Assembly (NCBI GenBank): GCA_963699255.1
Contig: OY969425.1
Location: 1,320,001-1,352,000 of the forward strand
Origin: an uncultured bacterium
Lineage (GTDB): Bacteria > Margulisbacteria > WOR-1 > CAVSGV01
Length of the DNA stretch: 32,000 bases
Reading direction: 5' to 3'
The notes beneath the pieces are model-generated. The model did not search any database, was not told the origin of the DNA, and saw only the letters and a program-made list of their open reading frames with translations. The stretch's first letter is position 1; every line of letters begins with the position of its first letter. A program made the position numbers and the translations under genes. Shown here piece by piece: positions 1 to 7,825 of this stretch.

Positions 1-843
1 CCTGACGGAAAGGGCCCTCCATACGAACATCATGAACATAGCGACCGCGAACGCGGAGAACAGGACCAGTGAAGTTTCAACCGCTCCTGCTCCAAGCACA
101 TATTTCGCATAAAAAGGGATGATCGCAAGGACCATCGTAAAAGCATACTGGACGAGAAGGTTCGAGAAAACAAAAGTGACGAACGGGATATTCCTGAAAG
201 TCGCGGAAAGGGCTGCTGACAATGGGAGCGGATTTGCGGTCATGTACTTTCTTGTTTCCCTGCTCCCTATCAGGGAAATGAAGCAGGTGAGCGTGATCAC
301 GGCCCCAAAGATCGCACCCATTTTTGCCCATCCGATGGTGCTGTAGATCAAAGGCGGAAGTGCGATGCCTATGACCAGACCGATCATTCCCAGTGTCTGC
401 CTGTATGAATTGACCTGCGCCCGCTCAGCCAGGCTCGGATACATTTCGGGATAAAGGGACGCCCAGTTAAGCACTACCACGGAATACAGGCCGTCGAATA
501 AACAGATAACGATAAGGAAGTAAAAGAACAGGGCCATCATGCTGGAAGATCTAAACGGAGAGAACCATAACAGAAAATAAGCCGCGCCAAAAGGTATCGC
601 TCCGAAAAATATGTAAGGGATGCGCCTGCCCCACCTTGTCCGCGTTGAATCCGAAATAAATCCGGCGATCGGGTCGTTCAGGGCGTTCCAGATGCCGTAT
701 ATAAGCATGGCTGTGGCCGCGAGGCGCGCTTCAAGCCTTAGCACATCAACATAAAAGAACACGATGTAAGTGGAAAATGCCTGATAAGAAAGAGCGGTGG
801 CGACCGCCCCGAAGCTGTAGCAGATCTTTTTTAGCTTGTTCAC
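1..843 (-). CDS. MFS transporter of the glycoside-pentoside-hexuronide (GPH/MFS_2) type, partial; the C-terminus lies beyond the left edge
   Basis: Absent from the supplied track because it runs off the edge. Translating the minus strand from GTG at 843..841 gives VNKLKKICYSFGAVATALSYQAFSTYIVFFYVDVLRLEARLAATAMLIYGIWNALNDPIAGFISDSTRTRWGRRIPYIFFGAIPFGAAYFLLWFSP..., open for all 281 codons down to base 1. The rest is hydrophobic helices. The loop DPxxGxxSDxTxTRWGRRxP after TM2 is the GPH-family signature as I recall it. Its start overlaps the nrdD stop as GTGA. Confidence 0.75.
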   Translation of the reverse strand, partial: MNKLKKICYSFGAVATALSYQAFSTYIVFFYVDVLRLEARLAATAMLIYGIWNALNDPIAGFISDSTRTRWGRRIPYIFFGAIPFGAAYFLLWFSPFRSSSMMALFFYFLIVICLFDGLYSVVVLNWASLYPEMYPSLAERAQVNSYRQTLGMIGLVIGIALPPLIYSTIGWAKMGAIFGAVITLTCFISLIGSRETRKYMTANPLPLSAALSATFRNIPFVTFVFSNLLVQYAFTMVLAIIPFYAKYVLGAGAVETSLVLFSAFAVAMFMMFVWRALSVR

Positions 844-2603
844 TTGATCACGAATCTCTTGCGTTCTTCGAATTCCCTGCGTTTTCCGGGGTTCCAGTTC
901 GATGTCCTTGTGAAGTATCCAACGATCCTGTTTATGTAGTCAATGATCCTGCCGTTGCACTCTGGACATTTTTTGTGTTTCCCCCAGGAGGTGTGATCGT
1001 TCTCGCAGACGCTGAAATCAGGGGAGAAAGCGAAATAAGCGAGCTTTGTCGCCGCCATTTTCTTGATGAGGGCCTTCATTGAATAGTGGTCAGGCTTGTT
1101 CTCCCCTATCCATATATGGCTTATTACCCCGCCGTTAAAATAGGGATGATACTGCGCTTCTATCATTATCTTGTCGGGAAGCGTCACGTTGGAGTTATAC
1201 GGAACATGAGTGGAGTTAGAGTAATATAGTTCAGCCCCGCCGCCCTGAACGCGGGCTCTTTTCCCAAATTTCCGCCTGTCATTCATAGCAAGCTTGTGCG
1301 TTGCCGATTCTGCAGGCGTCTGCTCAAGGGTATAAACGACATTGTCTTTTTTCGAGTATTCGGCTATTTTCCCGGACATCCTGGATATTATCTCAAGGCC
1401 TAGCTTTTGTCCCGCATCCGACGATATGCCCTCGCCTATAAGGTTGAGAAGGCATTCGTTCATGCCGATCACACCGAATGTCAGCCTTCTTTCTTTAAAG
1501 TTGTAATAAGGAACGCCGTCCCTTGTCTTCATTTTCAGGAAAGGCAGTATCTTCCATTTGTTCAGGCTCATCCTTAGGATTTCATTGCTTTCTCTCAAGG
1601 CCTGCCGGGTTATAAGCATCGCGCTTTCAAGTTTCCTGAAGAAATCCGTCCTGCCTCGTGATATCAGCGCCAGGTGGGGAAGGTTGATCGTCACGACCTT
1701 GTTCGATCCTGTTCCCAGTCCCCCGGCCATCCACACCCCGCCCGAATGTTCCACAAGAAGCCTGCAGCACATCGCATGCACGTATTTTTCATCAAGGTAA
1801 TCGGTGGTCAGGTTGAAGAAATATGGTGACCCGGTCTTGATCGCCGTCGCAACGGTAGAGTCAAAAAGCGGGTCGTCCCAGTCAAGGTCTTTTGTTATCG
1901 CCGTCGTGATTATCGGGAACGTGAAAGGGGCGCCGCTTCCGTCGCCTTCGCCCATGACCTCCATGAAAGCTTTGTATATCGTCCTTGCTTCCTCCCTGAA
2001 TTCCTTGTATGTTGCTTTTAGCCGTTCCCCCGCGTAAATGACGCGTTCGTTCTGAAGGTACGACGGACAGTTGATCCGAAGTCCTATGTTCGTGAACGCG
2101 GATTGCGCGCCTGTCCTGTTCGACTGGTTCAGCTGGAAAACGAATCCCTGGATGCTCTGCTTCACCTCTTTATAGCTGATCTTGTCGAACCTCAGGTACG
2201 GCGCCATGAACCAGTTGAAATAATCCATCGCTTGAGCGCCGGAAAAGAAAAGCTGGGAGTAGAACATGAAAGCCATTGTCTGAAAAATCGCGGAAGAGAA
2301 GTGCTTTGCCGGAGCGCTGTTGCAGTGCGGGAACCTGAGGCCGTCAAGCAGCACCACCCTTGTGTCGATCCCGTTGCAGTAAGGCTTAAAAGCTCCGTGA
2401 AGCGTGTGAATATATATCAGGCAGTCCCTGTGTGCTTTCACGATCTTTTTGCTGTATAGGTTGTCCAGAGCATACGCTTCGATCGCTCTTGAAGCGATGT
2501 GCAGGTCAATGAGCGAAGGGCTCATCTGCGTGTTGCTGTTGTCGCGAAGCATCCACGTTCTGCGGTTTAATACGTCGTCTATTAACTTATCTGTGTCGCT
2601 CAT
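840..2603 (-). CDS. nrdD: Anaerobic (class III) ribonucleoside-triphosphate reductase
   Basis: 587-aa ORF. It has an internal CCRL thiyl-radical region (YVHAMCCRLLVEH). The C-terminus has Cys pairs (CENDH...CPECNG) followed by the glycyl-radical motif NRIVGYFTR. No N-terminal ATP-cone, so this is the short NrdD form. Confidence 0.95.
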   Translation of the reverse strand: MSDTDKLIDDVLNRRTWMLRDNSNTQMSPSLIDLHIASRAIEAYALDNLYSKKIVKAHRDCLIYIHTLHGAFKPYCNGIDTRVVLLDGLRFPHCNSAPAKHFSSAIFQTMAFMFYSQLFFSGAQAMDYFNWFMAPYLRFDKISYKEVKQSIQGFVFQLNQSNRTGAQSAFTNIGLRINCPSYLQNERVIYAGERLKATYKEFREEARTIYKAFMEVMGEGDGSGAPFTFPIITTAITKDLDWDDPLFDSTVATAIKTGSPYFFNLTTDYLDEKYVHAMCCRLLVEHSGGVWMAGGLGTGSNKVVTINLPHLALISRGRTDFFRKLESAMLITRQALRESNEILRMSLNKWKILPFLKMKTRDGVPYYNFKERRLTFGVIGMNECLLNLIGEGISSDAGQKLGLEIISRMSGKIAEYSKKDNVVYTLEQTPAESATHKLAMNDRRKFGKRARVQGGGAELYYSNSTHVPYNSNVTLPDKIMIEAQYHPYFNGGVISHIWIGENKPDHYSMKALIKKMAATKLAYFAFSPDFSVCENDHTSWGKHKKCPECNGRIIDYINRIVGYFTRTSNWNPGKRREFEERKRFVIK

Positions 2604-2614
2604 AATTATACTAA

Positions 2615-2706
2615 CCTCACCCCACGGTTTATTGGTATCATAATTCTATTTTAGTTTTAGCTCTGCTCCCCTCTCCTTTTTAATAGGAGAGGGGTCGTGG
2701 GTGAGG
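2615..2706. repeat. Nested palindromic repeat element, copy A
   Basis: CCTCACCCC(2615-2623)-ACGGTTT...-CCCCTCTCC(2668-2676)-tttttaata-GGAGAGGGG(2686-2694)-tcgtg-GGTGAGG(2700-2706). It has the same parts, order and orientation as copy B. Confidence 0.7.
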
Positions 2707-3806
2707 TACCCTTCGATCAAGACATCCGCGCCAAACATCCTGACGTTCGCGCTCCTCAGATTTATGGCCTGGGAAAGTTTTTTGAAGCCAACTCCGGCAA
2801 CCGGGGATGGCGCCGTTTTTCCACCGATTATTTTCGGCGCTATGAAGAACATGACCTTATCAACTATGCCTTCTTTTAATGCCGACGCCGCAAGAGTTCC
2901 GCCTGCCTCGATCATTATGCTCGTTATCTTGTCCTCTCCGAGTTCCACCATCAGCTTTTTCAGATCGATCCTGCCGCCGATGGTTTTTGCCTTAAGGACA
3001 ACCGCTCCGGTTCTCCTAATCTTATCGAGTTTGCTTTTTGGCGCCTTTTCTCCCACAACGACTATCGTTTTTTCAGGTTCGTTCTTAAGCACTCTGGAAC
3101 CAAGAGGGATCTCGGCATTTGTGTCCAGGATTATCTTTTTCGGGTTCCTCTTTGTAATTTTTTCGTCTCCCACGTCCCTCACTGTAAGTTTCGGGTCGTC
3201 GATCTTAACAGCGCTTACTCCCATCATTACGGCATCAACATATACCCTTAACATGTGGACGTGCTGCCTTGCGGGCAGGCCGGTAATGTATTTGCTTTCT
3301 TTCGTCACTGTAGCGATCTTTCCGTCAAGGCTCATGGCGCTCTTTAGTATGACGAACGGGAGGTTGGTGGTGATGTATTTGATGAAAGGTTCGTTCAGCT
3401 CCCTGGCTTCCTTTTCAAGAACGCCGACTTTTACCTCAATTCCCGCGTCCCTGAGCAGGGCAAATCCCTTACCATTGACAAGGGGATTGGGATCCTGCAT
3501 TGCCGCAACGACCCTTTTTATTCCCGCTTTTATTATAGCATCGGTGCACGGCGGGTTGTAGCCATAGTGGCAGCACGGCTCAAGGTTAAGATAAAGGGTG
3601 GCTCCTTTTGCTTTGCCGCCGGCTTTTTGAATGGCAAAAACCTCAGCGTGAGGTGTGGATTGTTCAGCATGGTAGCCCCTGCTGATGACCTGGCCGTTTT
3701 TTACCAGAAGCGCGCCTACCATCGGATCCGGGCTGGTATGTCCCATCTGCGACCTTGCCAGGGCAAGCGCTTCCATCATGAATTTTTTGTCTGTGTCTGC
3801 GCTCAT
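2646..3806 (-). CDS. ribD: Bifunctional riboflavin biosynthesis protein RibD (pyrimidine deaminase / uracil reductase)
   Basis: The N-terminal half has CDA-type zinc motifs (HAEVFAI ... PCCHYGYNPPCTDAI). The C-terminal half is reductase-like (KSAMSLDGKIA, IMIEAGGTLAASAL). The last 19 codons (LTHDPSPIKKERGAELKLK) are encoded by the repeat element at 2615-2706. Confidence 0.93.
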   Translation of the reverse strand: MSADTDKKFMMEALALARSQMGHTSPDPMVGALLVKNGQVISRGYHAEQSTPHAEVFAIQKAGGKAKGATLYLNLEPCCHYGYNPPCTDAIIKAGIKRVVAAMQDPNPLVNGKGFALLRDAGIEVKVGVLEKEARELNEPFIKYITTNLPFVILKSAMSLDGKIATVTKESKYITGLPARQHVHMLRVYVDAVMMGVSAVKIDDPKLTVRDVGDEKITKRNPKKIILDTNAEIPLGSRVLKNEPEKTIVVVGEKAPKSKLDKIRRTGAVVLKAKTIGGRIDLKKLMVELGEDKITSIMIEAGGTLAASALKEGIVDKVMFFIAPKIIGGKTAPSPVAGVGFKKLSQAINLRSANVRMFGADVLIEGYLTHDPSPIKKERGAELKLK

Positions 3807-3830
3807 ATCAGCCGGCTTTCCTTAACGAAG

Positions 3831-4484
3831 CTATCGGGATCTCTTCAGGCCGTCTATAACGGCTTTGTAATCTTTCGCCTTATAAATGGCGGACCCAGCC
3901 ACAAGGACGTTGGCTCCCGCTCTGATGACTTCCGGCGCCGTTTCAGGATTTATGCCTCCGTCAACTTCGATGTCCACGGCCAGTCCCCGGCTATCGAGGA
4001 TGCTCTTTAGTTCCTTTATCTTCGGGAGGACCTCCGGAATGAATTTTTGCCCTTCAAATCCCGGGTTCACCGTCATCAAGAGGACCATTGATATTTTATC
4101 CAATACCTTTTCAATCGTCTTGATCCCTGTCTTCGGGTTTATAGCTACCGCAGGCTTTGCCCCGCAGCGTTTTATCAGGTCAAGGTCTTTCTCAAGGTTC
4201 TTTGAGGCTTCCGCATGTATCGATATTATGTTCGCCCCCGCCTTTGCGAAAGCTTCTATGTATTTGTCGGGGTTCTCTATCATCAGATGAACATCAAGGG
4301 GAAGCTTTGTGATCTTTGAAATAGAATGAACCACAAGAGGCCCGATCGTTATGTTCGGAACGAAATGCCCGTCCATAACGTCCACGTGAATCATGTCGGC
4401 TCCTGCTTTTTCCACAGCCTGGACTTCTTCGCCAAGCCTGCTGAAATCAGCGGATAAAATTGAAGGGGCCACTTTTATTGGCAT
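3831..4484 (-). CDS. rpe: Ribulose-phosphate 3-epimerase
   Basis: MPIKVAPSILSADFSRLGEEVQAVEKAGADMIHVDVMDGHFVPNITIGP is a canonical Rpe N-terminus. The track ORF extends to 4538, but the ATG at 4484 begins the conserved sequence and sits just after the upstream gene's stop at 4486-4488. Confidence 0.93.
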   Translation of the reverse strand: MPIKVAPSILSADFSRLGEEVQAVEKAGADMIHVDVMDGHFVPNITIGPLVVHSISKITKLPLDVHLMIENPDKYIEAFAKAGANIISIHAEASKNLEKDLDLIKRCGAKPAVAINPKTGIKTIEKVLDKISMVLLMTVNPGFEGQKFIPEVLPKIKELKSILDSRGLAVDIEVDGGINPETAPEVIRAGANVLVAGSAIYKAKDYKAVIDGLKRSR

Positions 4485-4485
4485 T

Positions 4486-5313
4486 TTAATAGCTTTCCGC
4501 GGTCGGGGCTGTCTTAGCCGGCTCTTTGCTGATGACAAGCTTTACGGATGAGCCCACGGCTACTTCTTCCTCCCATGCCGGCTCCTGCCTCATAACGATG
4601 CCTTCGGAAACTATGTCCGTTTCCTGATATTCGATCTTATTAATGCCAAGCTTCAGGTCAGAAAGCGCATCTTCCGCATCCTTGAGCTTTTGCCCTATGA
4701 GGTAAGGCATCTTTACCACTCCGAATTTCGGGTTCCTTGCGATGAAAATATCTATCCTGCTGCCCGCGTCCGATTCAACTTCGGGAGAAGGCAGCTGGCT
4801 GATGATAATTCCTGTCTGGAACTGCTCGGTTTCAACCTCCAGAGTGGCGCCGATCCTGAAACCGGCATCAGAGAGAAGCGTGTCCACCTGGGAGAAAGGC
4901 CTTCCTATCAGGTTCGGAACGGGCACTTTTCTCTGTCCGGTAGAAACCGTCAGGTTCACTATTCTTCCGTATTTTACGTGCTTTCCACGCTTTGGCTGTT
5001 GTTCAATGATCCTTCCCGCAGGAATGTCCTTGTCAAAGGTCCCGTTGCTAATCCTCGGCTTAAGGCCGGACTCCTTCAGCAGCGAAAAAGCCTCCGTTGA
5101 TGAGTGCCATGTAACATCCGGCACAACAACTTCGGGAGCAGGGAAGATATAAAAGACCGTCAGATACCCGACAAGCAGCGGTGATATGATAACGAGAAAG
5201 ATCATCGTGATCACCGCTCTTGGCGATGAAAGCTTGAGGATATACACGAGATACCCCGATATCAACAGAACGAGCAGTATGAAACTAAAATAAAGTATCA
5301 GTAACTTGATCAT
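4486..5313 (-). CDS. Membrane-anchored PASTA-domain protein (two N-terminal TM helices plus three PASTA repeats)
   Basis: The hydrophobic N-terminus (MIKLLILYFSFILLVLLISGYLVYIL ... ITMIFLVIISPLLVGYLTVFYIF) is followed by three ~65-aa repeats. Each starts with a (V/M)P(D/N/Y)(V/L)(T/I)G-like motif: VPDVTWHS.., VPNLIGRP.., MPYLIGQK... This matches the extracellular part of PknB/PrkC/StkP kinases. A GAGG lies 9 nt upstream of the ATG. Confidence 0.85.
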   Translation of the reverse strand: MIKLLILYFSFILLVLLISGYLVYILKLSSPRAVITMIFLVIISPLLVGYLTVFYIFPAPEVVVPDVTWHSSTEAFSLLKESGLKPRISNGTFDKDIPAGRIIEQQPKRGKHVKYGRIVNLTVSTGQRKVPVPNLIGRPFSQVDTLLSDAGFRIGATLEVETEQFQTGIIISQLPSPEVESDAGSRIDIFIARNPKFGVVKMPYLIGQKLKDAEDALSDLKLGINKIEYQETDIVSEGIVMRQEPAWEEEVAVGSSVKLVISKEPAKTAPTAESY

Positions 5314-5318
5314 GAATA

Positions 5319-6350
5319 TTACCTCGCGCCTGCACTTATAAAATTCAAAATAAAAGCATACCAGAGACCCGCCGCAATCGCAATAAGAAGTAGCAGTACC
5401 ATTAGTGCCACTCTGTTTATCTTCCGTTTTCGGCCCTTTTTTGCAGGTGTCTTCTTCTTGGGCTCCTCGATGTCTTCCTTATATTCTATAGGCTCCACGT
5501 CTTCCCCGTATATCAGGTTCACGAATTCCCGGTTCGGCGGATTAAATATCAGCCTCTGCTTGTTCAGGCTTTCTATCACATCTTCCGCTTTGCTTATCCT
5601 CTGCAGCGGGTCCTTTTCGAGCATTTTCATGATTATTTTGTCGATATAATCCGGGATCTTGCCGTTCAGGTGCGAAGGCGGGACGGTTTCATCGGATAGG
5701 TGTTTTAGCGCGGTATCAAGTCCGCTTTTGCCGTCAAGCGGAAGCCGCCCCGTCACAAGCAGGTAAAAAATTATTCCGGCTGAATATATGTCCGAGGCAG
5801 GCGTGATCTGCTCCCCGATTATTTGTTCTGGCGACATGAAGCTGGAATTCAATGTGGCGGCCGCGGCGAGAAGGGTCGGGCTTATCCTGACCGCCGGCTC
5901 AAGGATGAAATCGGTCACCTTCACTTCTCTCCCGACAAGGAATATGTTGCGCGCGCTTATCGCGCCATGGATAAGGTTCTCCGCGTGTGCAACGGCAAGG
6001 GCGGAAAGCAACTGCTTTATCACTTCGACCGCAAATTCCAGGTCAGGCAGTCCCTTTGCCATGAACGACTCCAGATCCTCTCCGTCAATATATTCCCTGA
6101 CAAAATAAAAACCCTGCCATCCATAATCGCCGTCTATGACCCGCGCGATGTTCGGGTGATCAAGGCTTATGATCTTTGTGACCTTCGGGCGGAGTTTGTT
6201 GATCAGGGGGCTGTTCAGCGCGGAGCGTTTGTATATTTTTATGACGACGGGCACTTCCGTGCCCATAAGATAGCCTTTATACGTGAAAGAAAAGGGGTTC
6301 TCTCCTATCCTGTCCCCGATCCTGTATCTGCTTTTTAGGAATCTTTCCAT
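5319..6350 (-). CDS. Hanks-type Ser/Thr protein kinase homolog with degenerate catalytic motifs (predicted pseudokinase) and a C-terminal TM anchor
   Basis: The kinase fold is recognisable from VVIK (subdomain II Lys), DHPNI, SPEQ, DIYSAGIIFYLLVTGRLP and DPLQRIS. The G-loop reads GENPFS. The catalytic loop reads IHGAISARN where HRDLKPxN is expected; I verified the codons cat ggc gcg ata agc gcg cgc aac at 5969..5946. DFG is DFI. C-terminal TM: VALMVLLLLIAIAAGLWYAFILNFI. Confidence 0.85.
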   Translation of the reverse strand: MERFLKSRYRIGDRIGENPFSFTYKGYLMGTEVPVVIKIYKRSALNSPLINKLRPKVTKIISLDHPNIARVIDGDYGWQGFYFVREYIDGEDLESFMAKGLPDLEFAVEVIKQLLSALAVAHAENLIHGAISARNIFLVGREVKVTDFILEPAVRISPTLLAAAATLNSSFMSPEQIIGEQITPASDIYSAGIIFYLLVTGRLPLDGKSGLDTALKHLSDETVPPSHLNGKIPDYIDKIIMKMLEKDPLQRISKAEDVIESLNKQRLIFNPPNREFVNLIYGEDVEPIEYKEDIEEPKKKTPAKKGRKRKINRVALMVLLLLIAIAAGLWYAFILNFISAGAR

Positions 6351-6382
6351 TTTTTCCGCCTCTGCTCTCGCATCGTCCCGAT

Positions 6383-6610
6383 CTATGGGGATTCCGGCGG
6401 ACGATCCCCCCTAAAAACCTCTTCCATCCATTTAAGGGCGCCTTCGGCCATTGAAATGCCGTGCGAGATTTTTGATACGCGAGCATTTTTTCCAAGGGCC
6501 GTGATGAAAGCCGCCCTCCCAAGCCTTGTCTTTATCTCCTTCAGCCGTTCACGTTCCACGTCTTCCGGAAGTATAGGCCCTCCCGGGCCGACCCCTTTTA
6601 TTTCGATCAT
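6383..6610 (-). CDS. Hypothetical small protein (75 aa)
   Basis: The ORF has an ATGA overlap with the upstream 6607..6942 gene and ends 32 nt before the kinase-like gene. An AGAGGCGG Shine-Dalgarno for the kinase follows it. I recognise no domain. Confidence 0.5.
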   Translation of the reverse strand: MIEIKGVGPGGPILPEDVERERLKEIKTRLGRAAFITALGKNARVSKISHGISMAEGALKWMEEVFRGDRPPESP

Positions 6611-6942
6611 GACTTCGCTTCCTCCGATTCTATCGTTACCAGATCGTCAACATCCGCGTGTTCAAAGAAATAATTCACCATTTTCTTGACCTTGTCCAGT
6701 TCATCGGGGCCTCCGAGTTTCTTGTCTACGACCACGGAGCGCTTTTGCGCATTGTACTCGTACACAATGAACGGCGTCTGGGGGGCTTCCTGATAAACTA
6801 TGACCCAGCGCTCGCCGTCCATGCCGATCGCGACTTTGGATCCGTCAGGAAGGCTGAGTTTTTCGTTCTTAAAAGCTATTGTCCCCGCGAATTCCTTATC
6901 CACGCTCGCTACCTGGGACAGGCTTTGCTTAATTGTAGGCAT
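6607..6942 (-). CDS. Hypothetical protein (~111 aa)
   Basis: The track ORF starts at GTG 6951. The ATG at 6942 (MPTIKQ...) has AGGTGG 6 nt upstream, so I prefer it. This is the first gene of the minus-strand run leading to the kinase-like gene. I recognise no domain. Confidence 0.55.
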   Translation of the reverse strand: MPTIKQSLSQVASVDKEFAGTIAFKNEKLSLPDGSKVAIGMDGERWVIVYQEAPQTPFIVYEYNAQKRSVVVDKKLGGPDELDKVKKMVNYFFEHADVDDLVTIESEEAKS

Positions 6943-6973
6943 GCGCACCACCTGCTATGCGTAAAATGATAAC

Positions 6974-7002
6974 TGAAATTATTCTAAAAATCCATCGATA
7001 TA
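6974..7002 (+). promoter_or_regulatory. Promoter-like motif TGAAAT-N17-GATATA (sigma-28-like: GAAA-N15-atCGATAT) upstream of ORF 7047
   Basis: tgaaat at 6974-6979, a 17-nt spacer, and gatata at 6997-7002. The same architecture occurs at three other loci. Confidence 0.4.
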
Positions 7003-7046
7003 TATGTAACAGAGGGCAGCAGAAGCCCAAAGTAAGGGGAAACGAA

Positions 7047-7427
7047 ATGGCGATTATTCATAGTGGTCATAATGTAAGGTATAAATATGAGGTCCAGATC
7101 AAACCGTGTGTCGAAAGAATGAAGATCACGAACCGATATAATTTGAGTAGAAAGCTATTTAATGAGCTGAAAGATATGGGTATTGTTCAAAGGAATTTTG
7201 GCGCGTTCAATGTTTTCTCGAGATATTCTCTTAACATTAAAAACCTTCAAATGGCCGCTGATAGTGCGGCATGTCTCTCGGCAATAATCGAGATGGGGAA
7301 AATCAGGGTCCCCAGCAACCTTAGTTATAAGAATAACGTCGAAGCGATCGTCGGAAGCCTGTGCAAAGAAAGCCGTACTATAAATACGAAATATGACCGC
7401 GATGTTGATCTGCTCGAGATGAATTAA
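7047..7427 (+). CDS. Hypothetical protein (126 aa)
   Basis: The track ORF starts at 6957. The ATG at 7047 follows AAGGGGA by 6 nt and lies downstream of the promoter-like motif at 6974-7002, which itself sits inside the longer ORF. No recognisable domain. The region looks A+T-rich by eye. Confidence 0.5.
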   Translation: MAIIHSGHNVRYKYEVQIKPCVERMKITNRYNLSRKLFNELKDMGIVQRNFGAFNVFSRYSLNIKNLQMAADSAACLSAIIEMGKIRVPSNLSYKNNVEAIVGSLCKESRTINTKYDRDVDLLEMN

Positions 7428-7437
7428 GTATTTTGTT

Positions 7438-7466
7438 TGAAATTTATTGATAAATCCGTCGATATA
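7438..7466 (+). promoter_or_regulatory. Promoter-like motif TGAAAT-N17-GATATA upstream of ORF 7483
   Basis: tgaaat at 7438-7443, spacer ttattgataaatccgtc (17 nt), and gatata at 7461-7466. Confidence 0.4.
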
Positions 7467-7482
7467 TATATAGCAAGGGAGA

Positions 7483-7710
7483 ATGACTTATATGTTGAAC
7501 ATGGACCAGAATAAGATCGCGGAAGTCATAAACCAGTGCATCGTGAACAGGTACATGGAGAATATCACGCTGGTCAAATACCGCCTTGTAAAGCTCTTTA
7601 CGGTCATGCCCTATACCGGAGCCCCGAACATAAGCGACGCGCAGACGATAGCGATCTTTGAGGATCTCGAGAAGTTCATTTCGGGAAATTACCAGTCGCC
7701 CAATAATTAG
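7483..7710 (+). CDS. Hypothetical small protein (72-75 aa)
   Basis: The ORF follows a promoter-like motif at 7438-7466 and an AAGGGAG Shine-Dalgarno at 7475-7481. The ATG at 7492 is spaced better from the SD (10 nt) than the ATG at 7483 (1 nt). No recognisable domain. Confidence 0.45.
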   Translation: MTYMLNMDQNKIAEVINQCIVNRYMENITLVKYRLVKLFTVMPYTGAPNISDAQTIAIFEDLEKFISGNYQSPNN

Positions 7711-7730
7711 TCCCGGTCCGGCCTTTCCCT

Positions 7731-7825
7731 CCTCACCCCCGGTTTGATTACTGTCATTATCTAATAATTCTAGTTGCGTAACGCCCCTCTCCATTTCATG
7801 GAGAGGGGAATTAAAGGGGTGAGGG
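7731..7825. repeat. Nested palindromic repeat element, copy B
   Basis: CCTCACCCCC(7731-7740)-GGTTT...-CCCCTCTCC(7784-7792)-atttcat-GGAGAGGGG(7800-7808)-aattaaa-GGGGTGAGGG(7816-7825). The inner 9-bp stem is perfect. The outer arms are complementary. Confidence 0.7.

Noticed and set aside
77-346. Small ORFs 77..331 (-) and 119..346 (+) at the left edge
   Set aside because: Both lie inside, and out of frame with, the edge-truncated MFS transporter gene, whose frame is open over all 281 codons and has a family signature.
840-2603. Absence of the NrdD activase gene nrdG next to nrdD, and the GTGA coupling of nrdD to an MFS transporter
   Set aside because: nrdG is often encoded elsewhere, and its absence from one 32-kb window says nothing about the genome. 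Four-base overlaps are common throughout this window, so the coupling alone does not indicate a functional link.
2604-2611. TATAAT hexamer 1 nt upstream of the nrdD ATG, considered as another leaderless promoter
   Set aside because: The spacing is wrong, because a transcript starting 6-8 nt downstream would begin inside the ORF with no in-frame Met nearby. The GGGGTGAGG arm 11 nt upstream is a more plausible SD, so this hexamer is probably coincidental.
2701-3561. 286-aa plus-strand ORF inside ribD, with similar long antisense ORFs at 28963..29661 (in pyrH), 16738..17259 (in clpC), 5823..6338 (in the kinase-like gene), 20306..20773 and 3567..4010
   Set aside because: Each lies entirely antisense to a gene with clear conserved motifs. 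Their translations are low-complexity Ser/Pro/Leu-rich strings typical of shadow frames, with no start signals. I treat them as non-coding.
4485-4538. 18-codon N-terminal extension of rpe in the ORF track (MSSAKSRLRQPRPRKAIK)
   Set aside because: It overlaps the 3' end of the PASTA gene. The conserved Rpe sequence starts at the internal ATG 4484, which lies directly after that gene's stop.
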